Positions 11,042 through 26,785 of a stretch of DNA of 64,000 nucleotides are shown here, one piece after another. Location: positions 1,285-65,284 of the forward strand of contig JAKAKP010000147.1 of NCBI GenBank assembly GCA_021813445.1, read 5' to 3'. The DNA comes from Deltaproteobacteria bacterium (lineage in GTDB: Bacteria > Desulfobacterota > Desulfobaccia > Desulfobaccales > 0-14-0-80-60-11). A model generated the notes under the pieces. That model saw nothing but the letters and a program-made list of their open reading frames with translations, was not told where the DNA came from and searched no databases. Made by a program: the position numbers and the translations under genes. Each line of letters opens with the position of its first letter. Positions within the stretch are counted from its first letter, which is position 1.

Positions 11042-11939
11042 CGATTTTGTTCTCCCAAAATAAATTGAATAAGGGACAGGTACGCATCTGAAAAGGAGAA
11101 ACGGGATCTCGTTATCAGAATCTTAAATCACGTTGGCAGTGCTCTTCTGCTAATCAATAGACTATTATCGGACAGATTTCCCCGCCTTTGGCCTCTGTTG
11201 CCCTAGCTGCATTATACCGGAGACGCAAGAAAATATCCTTTCGGGAGTCAGTTAAAGACTATCTTGGACCAACCAGACCATTCTCCTTCATTCCCATCTG
11301 CCAACGGCATTTTCGGGAATTGCTGGAAAACCCCGCTGCCGGTCAAGGGGATTCCAGGGCCGACTCTGTAAAGCTGGCGCTGCAGGAAAAAAACGCCTGG
11401 GAAGGATATTTTGTTCCATTCCCAGGCATTTCTTTTCAGGAAGGATTATTGGGCTTTCTTGGAAATGCGGAAATCAATCCATTAGCTGCGGGACCGGTGG
11501 CTCATATCTTTGTCATTGTCCCGGGCTTCGACCCCTATTTTGTAATGCCTGCCGGGCTTCAGGACCCCGGTCTGCAGGGTTAACGGATTGGTGTAAACCT
11601 ACAGGGTGCGGATTCCCAGCAGATAAACGGGTTCTTTAATATCGGGCGTCACGTCGGTTAGATGGATGTCGTAATACTGCGCCCCCGGAACCTCGCCCCC
11701 CTTAATGGTGGGCGTTAGGTCCTTAACGGCGGCTCCCCTATGGGGAGATGCTATGATGGGCAGTGGCAGGAAAGTAGCGGTTAGCTCCTTGCTGGACGTC
11801 AGGGGAGGTTTACCGCCTAAGAGGAAAATTTTTCATGCTGCACCCCGAAGCCGACTTGATTCAATCCTATCTGATGGTGGTAAAGTAAACAGGCCCTGTT
11901 TCCATGGAGCCACCTTGTCTGTTTGGAGGAGATCGCTGC

Positions 11940-14075
11940 TTGGAGAAGTTTGAAAAACTCATTGACCAGGAAGAGAACCGCTGCCGGGAGATAGTGGGGA
12001 AGATAAAATCCACGATAGCGGCCGAAGATGACCTGCGGCGGGGAAAAAGCCAGGAAATCAAGGAACTGGAACAGCAGAAACTGGCGGCCGAAGGCTGGCG
12101 GGAAAAGCGGGAAATCAGTGAGCTCATCGGCGCAGCCCGGGAGCAAAATGCCCGAAGGCTCTACCAGGATGATGGGGTCATGAGGCAGCCCTACTTTGCC
12201 GTCCTCGAGATCGACGACAATAAGTTGGGGGAGCGGAGCTACTGCCTCGGGCGCCAATCTTTCTTTGACAGCAATCACAAAGTTTTAATTCTCGACTGGC
12301 GGGAAGCCCCGATCTCCCGCCTCTATTATGAATACGAGGCGGGGGAAATTTACGAGGAATTGATTCGGGGGCAAGAGCGGACTGGAACTGTCGCTGCCAA
12401 GCGCCAAGTTGATACCGCCGAGGGAGAATTGCGAAAGATTGTCGATGGGGGAATTCTCCTCGTCCGGCAGGAGGACGGCACCTGGCGGCGGGCCGGAGCT
12501 GAAACCGCCATCAGCCGGAAGGAAGAGGCCCAGGACCACCGCCTCCCCGAGATCACGTCCCTCATCAGCCGGGAACAGTTCCGGGCTATCACCCAACCAG
12601 ATTCCGGGACCGTTCTCCTTCAGGGCGGCGCCGGGAGCGGTAAGACCACAGTCGGTTTGCACCGGATCGCCTTTTTGGCTTACCAGAACCCGGACCACTT
12701 TCTCCCGCAACGAATTCTGGTGGTCATGTTTAATCGTTCCTTGCAACAATACATTTCCCGGGTCCTCCCTGATTTAGGCCTCAAATCCGGGGTCAACGTC
12801 GAGACCTTCCATAGCTGGGCCGGGAAAGTATGCTACAACGCTGGCATCACCTTACGGTATGAGTCTAAGGAAGGGCCTTACGAAGTCGTCCGGCTTAAAA
12901 AGCATCCCCTTATGCTGGCCTTGATTGAGCAGTACGTGGGAGAACTCCTGGAAAAGTCCAGGGCCTGGTTGCTGGAAAATTTGCCTCAGGGCGAAGACGG
13001 TCCTTTAGGCAAGCTCGTGGAAGAAGTTAAAAATAGTCCACAATTCCAGGATTTTTTCAGGATACTGATAAGGCAACCTGAAGACACCGGCGGAAATCAA
13101 GTTGAGGGGTGGCGGCGGGTAGTGGGCCGTCTGGTGGCCCGTCTGAATGACCACCAAGAGGACCTGAACGCGATGTTGACCGACAGACAGCTGCTTCAGG
13201 AAATCTTTTCGGGGTCAGTAGGGGTGCCCAAGAAATCTCTGGGACAATTGGTGGAGCACCAGGTGTTGCTGAAAGAAAAAGGGCTTGTGGACTTTGCCGA
13301 TGCCGGCCTTTTGGTCCGGCTCCTCCAGCTGAAGGGGGTGGCCGCGGCACGTCCGGGCTATGCTCACGTCATGGTGGATGAAGCCCAGGATTTGAGCCAG
13401 GTCGAACTTGCGACCCTCCTGGCGGCAGCCGACGACCGGCAATGTGTCACCATGTGCGGCGACATGGCCCAGAAAATCAAGGGAGAGGTGACTTTTGGAA
13501 GCCCGGCCGGGTTTGCCCATTTCATCCAAGAACAGCAAAAGAAATTGCAAGCCGGGCAAGTTCAGGCCGAGACTCTGATGGTCGGGTACCGGGCCACCCG
13601 GCCGATCATGGAAGCGGCCTGGAAGGTGGTGAACGAACAGCCGACTATGGTGGTGGCAAGGGATGGGGCCCCGGTGGAGGTGATCCGTACTTCGAGCTAC
13701 GAAGAAACCATCACGACCGCCTACAATATTTTAAATGATTACCGCCAGAACCGGCCTCAAGCCCTGGTGGCCGTAATCTGCCGCTATATTGCGGATGCCA
13801 ACCAGGTGTTTGCCGATTTGCAGCGACATAGGCTCGAGGACTTGCGGCGCCAGGCCAGGCAGGAGTTTTCGTTTCAGCCGGGGGTAGTCGTCACCAATGC
13901 GCACCAAGTGAAGGGGCTCGAGTTTTCAGCGGTAATGGTCATCAACCCCACTCCGCAACACTACCGGGATAACCGGGAAAGCCGGATGTTGCTCCACGTC
14001 GTCTTCACCCGGGCCGCCGATAACCTTTGGATCATCGGCCATCAACCTATGGCTTATGGAATTGAAAAGTTTTGA
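11940..14075 (+). CDS. HelD/UvrD-like superfamily I helicase (RNA polymerase recycling factor-like)
   Basis: PYFA...YCLGR...ILDWREAPISRLYY HelD-type segment; GGAGSGKTT, VDEAQD, KGLEF, HVVFTRA motifs; TTG start after GGAGGAG. Confidence 0.8.
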   Translation: MEKFEKLIDQEENRCREIVGKIKSTIAAEDDLRRGKSQEIKELEQQKLAAEGWREKREISELIGAAREQNARRLYQDDGVMRQPYFAVLEIDDNKLGERSYCLGRQSFFDSNHKVLILDWREAPISRLYYEYEAGEIYEELIRGQERTGTVAAKRQVDTAEGELRKIVDGGILLVRQEDGTWRRAGAETAISRKEEAQDHRLPEITSLISREQFRAITQPDSGTVLLQGGAGSGKTTVGLHRIAFLAYQNPDHFLPQRILVVMFNRSLQQYISRVLPDLGLKSGVNVETFHSWAGKVCYNAGITLRYESKEGPYEVVRLKKHPLMLALIEQYVGELLEKSRAWLLENLPQGEDGPLGKLVEEVKNSPQFQDFFRILIRQPEDTGGNQVEGWRRVVGRLVARLNDHQEDLNAMLTDRQLLQEIFSGSVGVPKKSLGQLVEHQVLLKEKGLVDFADAGLLVRLLQLKGVAAARPGYAHVMVDEAQDLSQVELATLLAAADDRQCVTMCGDMAQKIKGEVTFGSPAGFAHFIQEQQKKLQAGQVQAETLMVGYRATRPIMEAAWKVVNEQPTMVVARDGAPVEVIRTSSYEETITTAYNILNDYRQNRPQALVAVICRYIADANQVFADLQRHRLEDLRRQARQEFSFQPGVVVTNAHQVKGLEFSAVMVINPTPQHYRDNRESRMLLHVVFTRAADNLWIIGHQPMAYGIEKF

Positions 14076-14571
14076 GTCCGCTCCACCGCGGCCGCCTGGG
14101 TGCCTCTTCGCAGCGCAGGTAATCCACTCCGCGAATCTGCGCACATTGGGCGCAGGTGCCCTCCGGCCGGCCATTGATGCAACCTGGCCGCGGTCCATTT
14201 CTATCTGGGCCAGATCGAGCGCAGCCGGGAGCTCTTGCACGCCAGCCGGAAAATACCGCATCATGAACGGCTCATCCAGGGGAACCTGGATTTACTGGCA
14301 AGAGCCAGAGGGGCCGTGCAAGGATTCACGCCAGGAGGGATTAGCCAGCCTTGAGACAGTTATTCTCCCTTGAGCGGGGTCCCTGGCTTGCTCCGTTACA
14401 GGTATATGGAATGATCCTTTCCACAAGGACCTGGAGAGGATATGCAGATTAATTATGCTGCCTTTGATGGCCAAGTGATAAGGGAATGAGCTGGCAAGTA
14501 TCTGCTTATGACGTGCCTCCCTTCGGCCTACTACTCTAACATAAATAGTGGATCGCTTTTCGGATGGCAGG

Positions 14572-15780
14572 TCACCTTTGCCGAACCGTTATCTTAACTC
14601 CATCTTCTTGGAAAAACGTATTTCGATCCGGGATTATCTCATAATACCAAATGGCAAGAAATAGGTTGGCGTTCTCCGTTTCTTTAGCAAACCTTTCGGG
14701 AGTGCGAGACTCATAATGATAGACCACGCTCTTGGGACTGTAAACCACTTTATAACCTTTCTCTCTTATCCTGAAACAAAGATCCAGGTCTTCAATGCCG
14801 TTTAGATACCTTTCGTCAAATAATCCCGCCTCAAAAAACACCTTCTTCTTAATCAACACGCAAGCGGCGGTTACTGCTTGGAATTCTCTCTCCTTATTCA
14901 CCGCCGGGTGGTCTTGAGGAAAATTCCGATAGATATGGTAAACTTTTCTGTCATCATCAAATACTACTCCTGCATGTTGAATGGAGCCATCAGGATATAA
15001 CAACTTGGCCCCCACCACTGCCGTCTTTTCATCCTTTTGGGCAGTGCCGGCCAGTTCCAACAGCCATCCGGGCAGGACCTTGGTGTCATTGTTAAGAAAG
15101 ACCAGGTACTTCCCCCGGGCGGCAAGTGCCCCTTGATTGCACGCTTTGGCAAAACCGAGATTCACGGGATTGGTCAGGACCCGGAGACGTCCCAGGGCTT
15201 CCTCCTGCTGCAGGAACGCGGCGGTGCCGTCGCTGGAGCCGTTGTCCACCATAATTATTTCATCAGATATCTCCGGGGAAGCTTGCTGATAAATGGAGGC
15301 CAGGCAATCCCTAGTAAGCTTCTGGTTGTTGAATACGGGAATGATAATGGAAACCTCGATCTGGCTTTCTGCTTCCGGGACGGCCGCCTCAACTGGCGGC
15401 AATTCCCGGGGTGCGGACCGCGTCTCGGAGATTGCCGCCTGGAAGAGATTTTCCAGTTGCCTGACCGAGTCTTCCCAGGAGAACTTCTGAGCCTGTTTCA
15501 GTCCCATGGAGATTAACTGCTGCCGCAACTCCGGTTCGCTGATGAGATCGATCAAGGCTGCGGCCAATGCGTTCGGATTTTCCCGGGGGCAGCTCAGAAC
15601 CGTTTCCGAGGGCAGGGCATAGTCCGCATTCACGCCGGAGTCGATACTCACCACCGGTATGCCGCAGGCCATGGCTTCCGGGGCTAGATTGCCCTGCCCC
15701 GCCCACCAGTTCCCGGCAATAAAAGCCTCCAAAGAGCATAAATATCTTTGTAGTTGGGCCTGATCGGCGCAAATCACCAA
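14572..15780 (-). pseudogene. Multidomain glycosyltransferase (GT4 C-terminus plus GT2), 5'-truncated
   Basis: EAMACGIPVV followed by SIIIPVFN, DNGSSD and FLNND; N-terminal GT-B half missing, next to an IS remnant. Confidence 0.7.
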
Positions 15781-15783
15781 TTC

Positions 15784-15945
15784 ATCGCCTGCCCCCCGAA
15801 AAAAGATCCTTATGTCTTGTTAGAGTGGTGGATCAAGGGAGGCAGGGAAATGGGCAGGAAGCGTCATACCCTGGAGCAGATCATTGGGAAGCTGCGGGAA
15901 GCTAAGTTTGCCCTGGACCTAAGCCAGACAACAGAAGGAGCATAG
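15784..15945 (+). mobile_element. IS3-family remnant (left end and start of orfA)
   Basis: MGRKRHTLEQIIGKLREA from ATG 15850, stops at 15945; IR-like TGCCCCCCGAAAAAAGATCC upstream. Confidence 0.65.
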
Positions 15946-16149
15946 GTTGATCACTGCTCTGCTGAGAGAATTATCTCGAGTCTGAAAACGTCCACTCGCC
16001 ATATCATATCTTCATTTTTCCATATGCCGGCGATAACTCTCTCAGATGGCAAGCTAGTCGCAGGTATTTATGCTATTCAAGACAATTTTCTAAGAGGTCT
16101 TCTGTGGGTAGTTATGGGAAAATGACCAAATATACCGGTGGCCAAAGGA

Positions 16150-16490
16150 TTATGGATGGGCTTCTTGGGGCAGGCGAGCCAGGATTGCTTGATAGACTTC
16201 GCCGGCAACGCCACGGAATTGCCTGGCTTCCTCTAGAGAAGGGGCCTCAGCCTCTCCAGGGTAGCGAAACTCCCAGGCAAATACGGTCAAGTCCCTGGCG
16301 GGGTTCAGAACTTCTTTCAGAGTTGGGTCAACGGCCTCGCAGGTGGAGGCCAGTTCATCAAGATCGTGGGTTTTGCGAAATACCCGGTCATGAGCGGTCA
16401 GAAATCCCTTCATCGATTTCTCGGCAGCCTGCTGGCAATGAAAAAGCAAGTCTTCAATAAAGGGCGGGGATGCAGCCAGGTTAACCCCGG
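16150..16490 (-). pseudogene. HEPN-domain protein, 5'-truncated
   Basis: FHCQQAAEKSMKG, KTHDL and RYPG motifs; the rest of the track ORF is antisense to other fragments. Confidence 0.8.
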
Positions 16491-16567
16491 ATTGAAAAGA
16501 GCTGAAGCTGGGGTGAAGAAAAGTGAAGCTGAACTGCGCATTGCCAAACAGTACCCCAATCCGACCT

Positions 16568-16933
16568 ATCAAAGCCCCCTGCATGGTAGTGGAGCAGATG
16601 AACAACACCTGACCGTATTGTATGGCACAGGCTCCTGTGCTAAACGAGGTGTGCAACCTGGCTGGCAAAGACCCGGCTCTCAAAGGCAAGCTGAAGTTCA
16701 TGGGAGTGGGCAAGGGTAATGATGATAAGGCGATGAAAATGTGGAAGACCTTCTACAAGGTGCCTTTCCCCATGATTGCCGACCCCAACAGCAAGTTTGC
16801 CGAGGCCTTAAATTTTTCCAATTATCCGGTGACGATGGTTCTGGATAAAACCCGCAAGATCGTCTGGGTCCATGTGGGGGCCTTCGATAACGCCCAGGAG
16901 GTCCTGAAAGGCATCAAGGCCGCCGTAAAATAA
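16568..16933 (+). pseudogene. TlpA/thioredoxin-like protein with UxxC (probable selenocysteine), N-terminus missing
   Basis: In-frame IKAPCMVVEQMNNT-TGA(16610-16612)-PYC continues into ORF 16622-16933 (YPVT motif); hairpin GGCACAG-gctc-CTGTGCT at 16624-16641. Confidence 0.75.
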
Positions 16934-17269
16934 GGGAATCCGGGGACAGATGCAACCGCACCTGTCCTTCCACTTTCCCTTCCTTACTTCCCTTTCCTCC
17001 TTACAGTTACAGTTCCCTTAATATAAGTCTTTCAGTTTGCAGTTTGGGGGCGTCTTTGGGCTTCGCGGTTAATAAGCCCGATCGCTGAGACTTCAGCCGT
17101 TCTTAAGCAATAGCCATAATCCCTGAGAACTGCCCTGGACAGAGAATGCCTGCCCAAGAACCCTTGATTTCGATAAAAGGGGCACTATTTTGTCAATATG
17201 TTCAAATGCACAAGGGAAGGGAAGAATTACCCTGCCCTGATATGTCCATGAAAGGAGAATGATCTGACC

Positions 17270-17653
17270 ATGAAACCAAGGCTGTTGATTGTGATTTTGG
17301 TAGGGGCTTTGAGTCTCGTTTACGGACCGGTGGCGGCCCAAATGCACGGCGGCGGGGGCATGATGGGGTCCGGCGGCCAGCACATGATGGGACAGGGCAT
17401 GATGAACAACATGGGCATGATGTCCAACATGATGGGTGACATGCACCAGATGATGATGTCCCACAAAATGACCCCGGAACAGCAGCAGCAGATGATGCAG
17501 ATGATGGGGCAGATGGGGCAGATGATGCAGCAGATGCAGGGTTCCATGACCCCGCAGATGGAGCAGCAGCAAACCCAGCAGCTTAAAGAGATGCAGCAGC
17601 GGCTCCAGCAGATGAAAAGCCAGGTGCAAAAGCATAAAGCACATCAACACTGA
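17270..17653 (+). CDS. Met/Gln/His-rich periplasmic protein, putative Cu/Ag binder
   Basis: AAGGAG RBS, signal peptide, about 30 Met in 127 aa, upstream of cusBA. Confidence 0.8.
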   Translation: MKPRLLIVILVGALSLVYGPVAAQMHGGGGMMGSGGQHMMGQGMMNNMGMMSNMMGDMHQMMMSHKMTPEQQQQMMQMMGQMGQMMQQMQGSMTPQMEQQQTQQLKEMQQRLQQMKSQVQKHKAHQH

Positions 17654-17942
17654 TCCGCACATCCAACCAGGGGCTTTAGGCGCAGTGCCCCAATAAGTCT
17701 CAAGATCCAGGCGGCGGGCATCTCTCCTGGGGCGTTATCCGCGCCGACGGATAGCGCCTCAACTCAGGAGGCGCAGGGAGGAACCGGCCAGCAATCGATC
17801 CTTGGCCCTGATTTGCGGCACAATGTGGGAGTGCTGGCCGGTATGATGCGGGACATCCATTTCTTAATAATTTTGAAGAAAATCGGGCTGAATTGGAATG
17901 GCTGGTGGGCCAGGAATTGCCGCGTCCGCCGGAGGTCAGGAA

Positions 17943-19349
17943 ATGAATATCCGCCGCTTTTTACCGGGTCTGATTTTAGGTCTGGTCATCCTGATTTTTG
18001 CTGCTGGTCTGCTCTATTGGCGGGGTTACCGTCTGATGCAGCACACCACCGCTGCCGGTCCTTCACCCCCTGCACCCGAAGCCAAAGGCCGCAAAATCAA
18101 GTATTGGGTTTCGCCCATGAACCCAAACTATATCTCGAATAAACCCGGCAAGGACGCCATGGGCATGGAATTGAAGCCGGTCTACGAGGGTGAGGAAGGG
18201 GCAGTTAAGCACCCGGGCGCCATCGCGGTGGACCCCCAGACCATGCAGTCCATGGGGGTGCAAACCGCGAAGGTGGAGGTGCGGCCCCTGGCCCGGCCCA
18301 TCCGGGCCGTGGGCAAGGTAAACTATGATGAGACGCAGTTGAACGTGGTGAATACCAAAGTGAACGGCTGGGTAACCCGCCTGTACCTTAAAATTACGGG
18401 CGAATTGGTGAAAAAAGGCCAGAAGCTTTTGAGTATTTACAGCCGGGAATTGGTGCCGGCCCAAAGGGAATATCTTTTGGCCTTGAAAAATCTGCAAACC
18501 ATCGGCAAGAGCCCCTTTCCGGAACTGGCGGCAGGGGCTCGCAGCCTGGCTGCCGGCTCCCGCCAGCGCCTGGCATATTTCGATATTACTCCGGCCGAGA
18601 TCGCGGCCCTGGAAAAAACCGGCAAGGTGAAAAAGAACCTCTACCTGCTTTCGCCGGTAACGGGCATTGTCACCAAGCGCCTGGTCACCCAGGGCCAGTA
18701 TGTCATGTCCGGGATGAGTTTACTGGAAGTGGCCGATCTCACCTACGTCTGGGTGGACGCGGAAATTTACGAATATGAACTCCCCTGGGTGAAGGTGGGG
18801 CAGAAGGCCGTCATGACCCTGCAATACCTGCCGGGAGAGACCTTCACCGGCAGGATTGAGTATATCTATCCTTACCTCAACGACATCACCCGCACCGCCA
18901 AGGTGCGCCTGAGATTTCCCAACCCCGGCATCAAACTGAAACCGGAAATGTACGCCCAGGTGGAGATCAAGTCGGCTTTGCCCCACCCGGTGGTGGCGGT
19001 GCCCCCGGAGGCGGTGCTGGATTCCGGGGAAAAGCACCTGGTCTTCATCGCCCTGGGAAAAGGGCTGTTCGAACCTCGGGAGATCAAGGTGGGCATGGAA
19101 GGAGAAGGCCAATGGCGGGAAGTGCTTGAGGGCCTTAAAGGAGGAGAAGAGGTGGTCACCTCGGCCCAGTTCCTCCTGGATTCGGAATCGCGCATTCGGG
19201 AAGCGGTCAGGAAGATGCTGGCCCCCACTCCCATGGCACCTGAAACTGCCCCTGCTCCTTCTTCCGCGGCGCCCCCCACTCCCCCGGCGCCTGGAGCACC
19301 ACCGCCCAAAAAGCCGGGCAAATCAATGCCAGGGATGCCGGGAATGTGA
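17943..19349 (+). CDS. cusB: CusB-type efflux periplasmic adaptor
   Basis: YWVSPMNP...KPGKDAMGMELKPVY Met motif; SAQFLLDSES C-terminal motif. Confidence 0.9.
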   Translation: MNIRRFLPGLILGLVILIFAAGLLYWRGYRLMQHTTAAGPSPPAPEAKGRKIKYWVSPMNPNYISNKPGKDAMGMELKPVYEGEEGAVKHPGAIAVDPQTMQSMGVQTAKVEVRPLARPIRAVGKVNYDETQLNVVNTKVNGWVTRLYLKITGELVKKGQKLLSIYSRELVPAQREYLLALKNLQTIGKSPFPELAAGARSLAAGSRQRLAYFDITPAEIAALEKTGKVKKNLYLLSPVTGIVTKRLVTQGQYVMSGMSLLEVADLTYVWVDAEIYEYELPWVKVGQKAVMTLQYLPGETFTGRIEYIYPYLNDITRTAKVRLRFPNPGIKLKPEMYAQVEIKSALPHPVVAVPPEAVLDSGEKHLVFIALGKGLFEPREIKVGMEGEGQWREVLEGLKGGEEVVTSAQFLLDSESRIREAVRKMLAPTPMAPETAPAPSSAAPPTPPAPGAPPPKKPGKSMPGMPGM

Positions 19350-19395
19350 AAATCTGCCGCCTGATTCATCTGCATTAGAAAAAGGGTTTAGGGCT

Positions 19396-24314
<4,919 letters not shown>

Positions 24315-24322
<8 letters not shown>

Positions 24323-24659
24323 ACCGGATGCTCCTGAGAAAAGGCCTGGGGAAAGGTTCTTCCGGCAGGTGAGCCGCAAAGAGGCCCGAAAGCTGAAGGC
24401 CAGAAGGCGCAAACCGCGAGGGGTATGGTTCGGCCTGGGCATGTTCGGCCTGGTGGGCTGGTCGGTAGCCCTGCCTACGTTGGTCTGCATTGCTTTGGGA
24501 ATCTGGCTTGATAAGCATTGGCCGGGCACGCATTCCTGGACCCTGAATTGCCTGATCATGGGAGTGGTCATCGGCTGTATCAACGCTTGGCTGTGGATCA
24601 GCCGGGAACACAAGGCCATCGAAAAAGAAGAGCAGGAAGAGGGCAATAACCATGGATGA
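24315..24659 (+). CDS. atpQ: N-ATPase AtpQ (AtpZ/AtpI-like), copy 1
   Basis: VWFGLGMFGLVGWSVALPTL...GIWLD...SWTL. Confidence 0.85.
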
Positions 24660-24972
24660 TTTGCCCGAGGAAAGGCCGTCGGCTAGGGAAGAATTTTCCC
24701 GGCAGGCAAGCCTCAAAGAAGAGCGGAAGCTGAAGGCCAAAGGCCGCAAACCGCGAGGGGTATGGTTCGGCCTGGGCATGTTCGGCCTCATCGGCTGGTC
24801 GGTAGCGCTGCCCACCCTGGGCGGGGCGCTGCTGGGGGCCTGGATCGACCGCACCTGGCCCAGCCGCTACTCCTGGACCCTGATGCTGCTCTTGGGCGGC
24901 ATCATCCTGGGTTCGCTGAACGCCTGGTATTGGGTGGGCCAGGAACGCAAAAAAATCGAAAAGGACCAATAG
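24652..24972 (+). CDS. atpQ: N-ATPase AtpQ (AtpZ/AtpI-like), copy 2
   Basis: Same motif; about 90 bp nearly identical to copy 1. Confidence 0.85.
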   Translation: MDDLPEERPSAREEFSRQASLKEERKLKAKGRKPRGVWFGLGMFGLIGWSVALPTLGGALLGAWIDRTWPSRYSWTLMLLLGGIILGSLNAWYWVGQERKKIEKDQ

Positions 24973-24982
24973 GCGGACTTCC

Positions 24983-25729
24983 ATGGAAATCAGTTTAGAT
25001 AACTGGGTCCTCTGGCAACAGGGGCCGGTGCTGTTTAACGCCACCATCCTCTATACCTGGCTGGTGATGGCGCTCCTGGTGCTGGGCTCCTGGCTGGCAA
25101 CCCGCAGGCTGTCCACGGACGCCAAAATTTCTCCCTGGCAAAACCTGCTGGAGGTCCTGGTGGGGGGCATGCGGGAGCAGATTCGCCAGATCAGCCAGCA
25201 GGAGCCGGGGACCTATCTGCCCTTTATCGGCACCCTTTTCGTCTTTATCTCGGTGAGCAACTTGCTGGCTGTTGTCCCCGGCTACCATCCGCCCACCGAT
25301 TCTTTATCCACTACCGCCGCCCTGGCCCTCTGCGTGCTGGTGGCCGCGCCGATCTACGGCATTGCTCAACAAGGACTGAGGGGCTACCTGAGCCACTACC
25401 TGAAACCCACACCCTTGATGCTGCCTTTCCATATCATCTCCGAACTGAGCCGCACCCTGGCCCTGGCGGTGCGGCTTTTCGGCAACGTCATGAGCGGCGC
25501 CATGATCGGGGCCATCCTCCTGGCGGTAGTGCCCTTGTTTTTCCCTTTAGTGATGCAATTGCTGGAACTGCTCATCGGCCAGGTCCAGGCCTTTATCTTT
25601 GCGGTGCTGGCCACCGTCTACATTGCTTCCGCCCTCCAGGCCCATGAAGAAACGAGAGAGGAAATTATAAAAACGCCGGCTGAACCGACCCGGGGAGGCG
25701 AGATACCAAAGGAGGATGAAAAAACATGA
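24983..25729 (+). CDS. atpB: N-ATPase subunit a
   Basis: SRTLALAVRLFGN, VQAFIFAVL. Confidence 0.95.
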   Translation: MEISLDNWVLWQQGPVLFNATILYTWLVMALLVLGSWLATRRLSTDAKISPWQNLLEVLVGGMREQIRQISQQEPGTYLPFIGTLFVFISVSNLLAVVPGYHPPTDSLSTTAALALCVLVAAPIYGIAQQGLRGYLSHYLKPTPLMLPFHIISELSRTLALAVRLFGNVMSGAMIGAILLAVVPLFFPLVMQLLELLIGQVQAFIFAVLATVYIASALQAHEETREEIIKTPAEPTRGGEIPKEDEKT

Positions 25730-26004
25730 ATATGGTTTCACTTATCGGCATGGCTTCCATCATCATCGCCGGCCTGGCTATCGCCATTGGGTCCATCGGT
25801 CCGGCGTTGGCCTAAGGCCGGGCCATCACCCAGGCCCTCGCGGCCATGGCCCAGCAGCCCGACGAAGCCGCCACCATCGCCCGCACCCTATTTGTCGGCC
25901 TGGCCATGATCGAGTCCCTGGCCATTTATTGCCTGGTGGTGGCCATGATCCTAATCTTTGCCAATCCTTTCTGGAATTACGTGATCGCCAAGGCCGGAGG
26001 GTAA
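25726..26004 (+). pseudogene. atpE: N-ATPase subunit c with in-frame TAA at codon 30
   Basis: MNMVSLIGMASIIIAGLAIAIGSIGPALA*GRAITQALAAMAQQPDEAATIARTLFVGLAMIESLAIYCLVVAMILIFANPFW...; TAA at 25813-25815; GGAGG RBS. Confidence 0.9.
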
Positions 26005-26008
26005 GACC

Positions 26009-26785
26009 GTGCTGATCAACTGGTTTACCGTGGCCGCCCAAATCGTCAACTTCCTGATCTTGGTGGCCCTGCTGAAGCGTTTTCTCTACGGTCCCATCGT
26101 GGCCGCCATGGCGGCCCGGGAAGAGAAAATCGCCGCCCAGCTCGCAGAAGCCCAGCAAAAAAGGCAGGACGCGGAGCAAGAGGAAGCCTCCCTGCGCCAG
26201 AAGATCCGGGATATTGAAGAGCGGCGGCAGGAACTGCTCACCGAGGCCGGGAATCAGGCGGAAGCCCATAAGAAGGAGTTGTTTTCTCAGGCCAGGGAAG
26301 ACGTGGAGCAGATTCGCCAAAAGTGGGCCGCCTCCTTGCAGCGGGAAAAGGAGACCTTTCTCCAGAACCTGAAGCAGCGGCTGGGCCAGGAGGTAATAGA
26401 GACCTCCCGCCGGGCCTTGCAGGAAATGGCCGGCCTGGAGTTGGAGCAGCGTCTGACCGAGGTCTTTCTGGACCACCTCCGGCAGTTGCCCCCGGAGGAA
26501 CAGGCGGCCATCCGGGAATCCCTCCAGGAGACGGGGGGCGAGCTGCTGGTCACCACCGCTTTCGAGTTGTCCGAGGAAGCCCGGCAAAAGATCGCCGCCC
26601 GGGTTCAAGAGCAGTTCGGCCGGGACCTGGCCCTGCGGTTTACCACTTCCGGGGAACTATTGGCGGGGATCGAACTGCTTACCAGCTCCCGCAAGCTCGC
26701 CTGGAGTCTGGGAAGCTTCCTGGACAGCCTGGATGAGGACCTCTCCCAGGCCTTCCAGCAGTTGGAGAAGAGCGAGGCGGCATGA
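26009..26785 (+). CDS. atpF: N-ATPase subunit b (extended, delta-like C-terminus)
   Basis: [27 protein letters not shown] followed by a coiled coil. Confidence 0.92.
   Translation: MLINWFTVAAQIVNFLILVALLKRFLYGPIVAAMAAREEKIAAQLAEAQQKRQDAEQEEASLRQKIRDIEERRQELLTEAGNQAEAHKKELFSQAREDVEQIRQKWAASLQREKETFLQNLKQRLGQEVIETSRRALQEMAGLELEQRLTEVFLDHLRQLPPEEQAAIRESLQETGGELLVTTAFELSEEARQKIAARVQEQFGRDLALRFTTSGELLAGIELLTSSRKLAWSLGSFLDSLDEDLSQAFQQLEKSEAA

Noticed and set aside
11440-11820. Protein-like minus-strand frame with internal stops
   Set aside because: The stops are TAG and TAA and no family is recognisable; probably a decayed gene, not callable.
25813-25815. Programmed recoding of TAA in atpE
   Set aside because: Other genes here use TAA as a normal stop, and the position is Glu/Gln rather than Cys.
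25716-26015. 99 aa ORF overlapping atpE
   Set aside because: Wrong frame; the real subunit c frame starts at 25726.
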